Of a stretch of DNA of 41,700 nt, positions 40,211 to 41,700 are shown one piece after another. The position numbers and the translations under genes were made by a program. Source of the stretch: an uncultured Sulfurospirillum sp. (lineage in GTDB: Bacteria > Campylobacterota > Campylobacteria > Campylobacterales > Sulfurospirillaceae); assembly GCA_964407605.1 (NCBI GenBank), contig CAYOWG010000001.1:1-41700 (forward strand), read 5' to 3'. Every line of letters starts with the position of its first letter. Positions within the stretch are counted from its first letter, which is position 1. The notes beneath the pieces were generated by a model. It was not told where the DNA came from. It was given only the letters and a program-made list of their open reading frames with translations, and made no database searches.

Positions 40211-41329
40211 TTATCCTTTTGGCTTATTTTGTTCAACTATCTCGATAATTTTCTTATGAGTTGCTGGGTTCTTTAATTTTTCAATAGGTATAAATACAAA
40301 TCTAAAGTCATTTTCTTTAACCAAAGGATGCACTTGACCACCTCTTAAAGTAGAGCTAACACCTTCATTTAAAATAACTTTCCTAAACTCCATATTTTTT
40401 GCAACAAAATCTACAAGAGCTAAATCTGCTTCATTTGGATTTGCTCTAACAGCAAGGATATGTGGCATAGCGATTGCTCCTTCTTCTGGCCAGATAACAC
40501 CTATAGCTCCACTTGCTATACCATCTAATGTATTTCTTGAAAATAAAGGGCCCATGCCAACTTTAAAGTCTCCCTTGATAACTGCTGATGGTGCACCTAA
40601 TCCGCTAAGGGGTTTTTCAGCTGATTTTCTTGGATCTTTTTTCATAGTCTCTAAGGCAGGCATATCTGCTTTTTTAATAAGTTTCTCAAAATCTTTTTCA
40701 CCCAACACATTATATAGAGCTGTCAATGTTCTCATGCCGTAGCAACCAGATCCTGGAACTGCTACTTTGCCATCAAAATTGGCTAACTCTTTCCAGCTCT
40801 TAGGAACATCTTTAGTTTTAATCAAATCTTTATTATAAAAAATTACAGTCGACCCAACATAAGGCGCAGTAAGGTGACCGCCTTTTTCTATATCATCTAC
40901 AAACTCTTGAAATTGTGGCTTGATATTAAATCGGCCCTTTAAAGGGCTTAACATGCCTTTTTTTTCTGCTTGATGAAGATACTTAAATATATCTCTACCT
41001 GGTGGGATTTCGCCAGTTCTTCCATAGGTAAATATAACATTTGCAGGAAGTTCTCCTTTTTTTAAACCCTCCGACAGCCCTGGACCTAAATTTCCACTGC
41101 CTGTGCCTTTAGCTTCTACTCTATAACCTGAACCAATTGGAAGCATTATATTGACAATACTTGCAAGGTTATCTTTTGTTTTTCCTGGCTGATGGATATT
41201 GATTGATGTGATATGAGACGGCTTAACTGTTCCATCTTTGGCTGGTGGGCACGCATACGCTTGCACTGATAAAACTACTCCTAAAACAACTGGTACAACT
41301 AACTTACTTTTTCTTAACAAACTAAACAT
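40211..41329 (-). CDS. ABC transporter substrate-binding protein (Fe3+/thiamine/polyamine-type fold), orphan
   Basis: Signal peptide ending AYA, plus IFYNKDL, VPKSWKEL, VIWPEEGAI motifs. AGGA SD. Confidence 0.85.
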   Translation of the reverse strand: MFSLLRKSKLVVPVVLGVVLSVQAYACPPAKDGTVKPSHITSINIHQPGKTKDNLASIVNIMLPIGSGYRVEAKGTGSGNLGPGLSEGLKKGELPANVIFTYGRTGEIPPGRDIFKYLHQAEKKGMLSPLKGRFNIKPQFQEFVDDIEKGGHLTAPYVGSTVIFYNKDLIKTKDVPKSWKELANFDGKVAVPGSGCYGMRTLTALYNVLGEKDFEKLIKKADMPALETMKKDPRKSAEKPLSGLGAPSAVIKGDFKVGMGPLFSRNTLDGIASGAIGVIWPEEGAIAMPHILAVRANPNEADLALVDFVAKNMEFRKVILNEGVSSTLRGGQVHPLVKENDFRFVFIPIEKLKNPATHKKIIEIVEQNKPKG

Positions 41330-41484
41330 TTTATATTCCTTAATAATATTATAATATTTATTACTCTACAATATATAAGCGATAGTTATATATTGCGACT
41401 CCAGGGGTGAAACGCTCAACGAACAATTGTAATTTCACTCCGCTTACACAAAAAGCACTGTCCAAACTCCTTTCCTGATAGTAG

Positions 41485-41507
41485 TGATAATAATTTTCAG
41501 AATTATA
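41485..41507 (-). promoter_or_regulatory. Fur-family box overlapping the start site of a minus-strand TATAAT promoter
   Basis: TGATAAT-A-ATTTTCA at 41485-41499 is a 7-1-7 box with one mismatch to TGATAATnATTATCA. Minus-strand TATAAT at 41507-41502. Confidence 0.7.
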
Positions 41508-41525
41508 TCTAATATAATCTTAAAA

Positions 41526-41557
41526 TAATATTTTGTTAATATTTTGTTATAATAACA
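41526..41557 (+). promoter_or_regulatory. Extended -10 promoter with overlapping direct and inverted repeats
   Basis: TG-T-TATAAT at 41545-41553, TAATATTTTGT x2 at 41526-41547, TGTTAT-A-ATAACA at 41545-41557. Confidence 0.55.
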
Positions 41558-41578
41558 GACCTTATGCACTTATTTCTC

Positions 41579-41700
41579 GAAAAGTCCTACTTTTCACAGA
41601 AACTTTTCACTTTGTGAAACCGCTATTCGCTAGTTTTCGTAGCTTTAGGGGGTTGTAGGGGTTTATCCCCTGCCACTATAGCGAGCTTTGCTTGATATAG
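41579..41700 (+). other. Multi-hairpin non-coding element (sRNA, leader or dispersed repeat), may continue past the edge
   Basis: Hairpins at 41592-41619, 41655-41673 and 41676-41700, each with a G-U pair on the plus strand. Alternative stem at 41579-41595. Confidence 0.5.

Noticed and set aside
41369-41480. Moco riboswitch (GGAAAGGAG) or ModE box (TATATA half-sites)
   Set aside because: No Moco aptamer stems upstream of GGAAAGGAG, and the TATATA half-sites are inside-out relative to the ModE consensus.
37583-41700. tRNA-anchored genomic island or prophage
   Set aside because: No integrase or phage genes, and I found no duplicate of the tRNA 3' end within the window. Downstream genes look like ordinary variable content.
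41640-41700. Cobalamin riboswitch (CCCCTGCCACTATAG resembles the CCCCGCnACTGT segment)
   Set aside because: The upstream AGGGAA...GGTG-x-AA-x-TCC core is missing, and the CCCCTGC is explained by a local hairpin.

Overview
This is an AT-rich (roughly one-third GC by eye) chromosomal segment from a Campylobacterota organism, probably a free-living Sulfurospirillum/Sulfurimonas-type lineage. About 37.5 kb is dense core genome made of three blocks whose gene order I recall from C. jejuni/H. pylori: yggT-slt-mobB-fbp-metG; aspS-adk with divergent nadK-recN-cbrR-tatD-mltD-rlpA-hisB-kdsC-lptC-lptA-yihA-mrdA; and rodA with divergent rluD-flpA-trmB-ftsEX-envC-pyrH-rpoZ-spoT-tyrS-fabX-amiA. A tRNA-Ile2(CAU) is followed by about 4 kb of accessory DNA. 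This holds two small frameshifted genes, a class V PLP enzyme, a CobB sirtuin, an orphan solute-binding protein behind a Fur box and structured leader, and a promoter-proximal multi-hairpin element at the right edge. I saw no integrase, transposase, CRISPR array or rRNA. The most striking unexplained signal is the palindrome TACATGTA (extended consensus CTYTACATGTARAG), found 15 times by hand count, always inside coding sequence, against about 1-2 copies expected.
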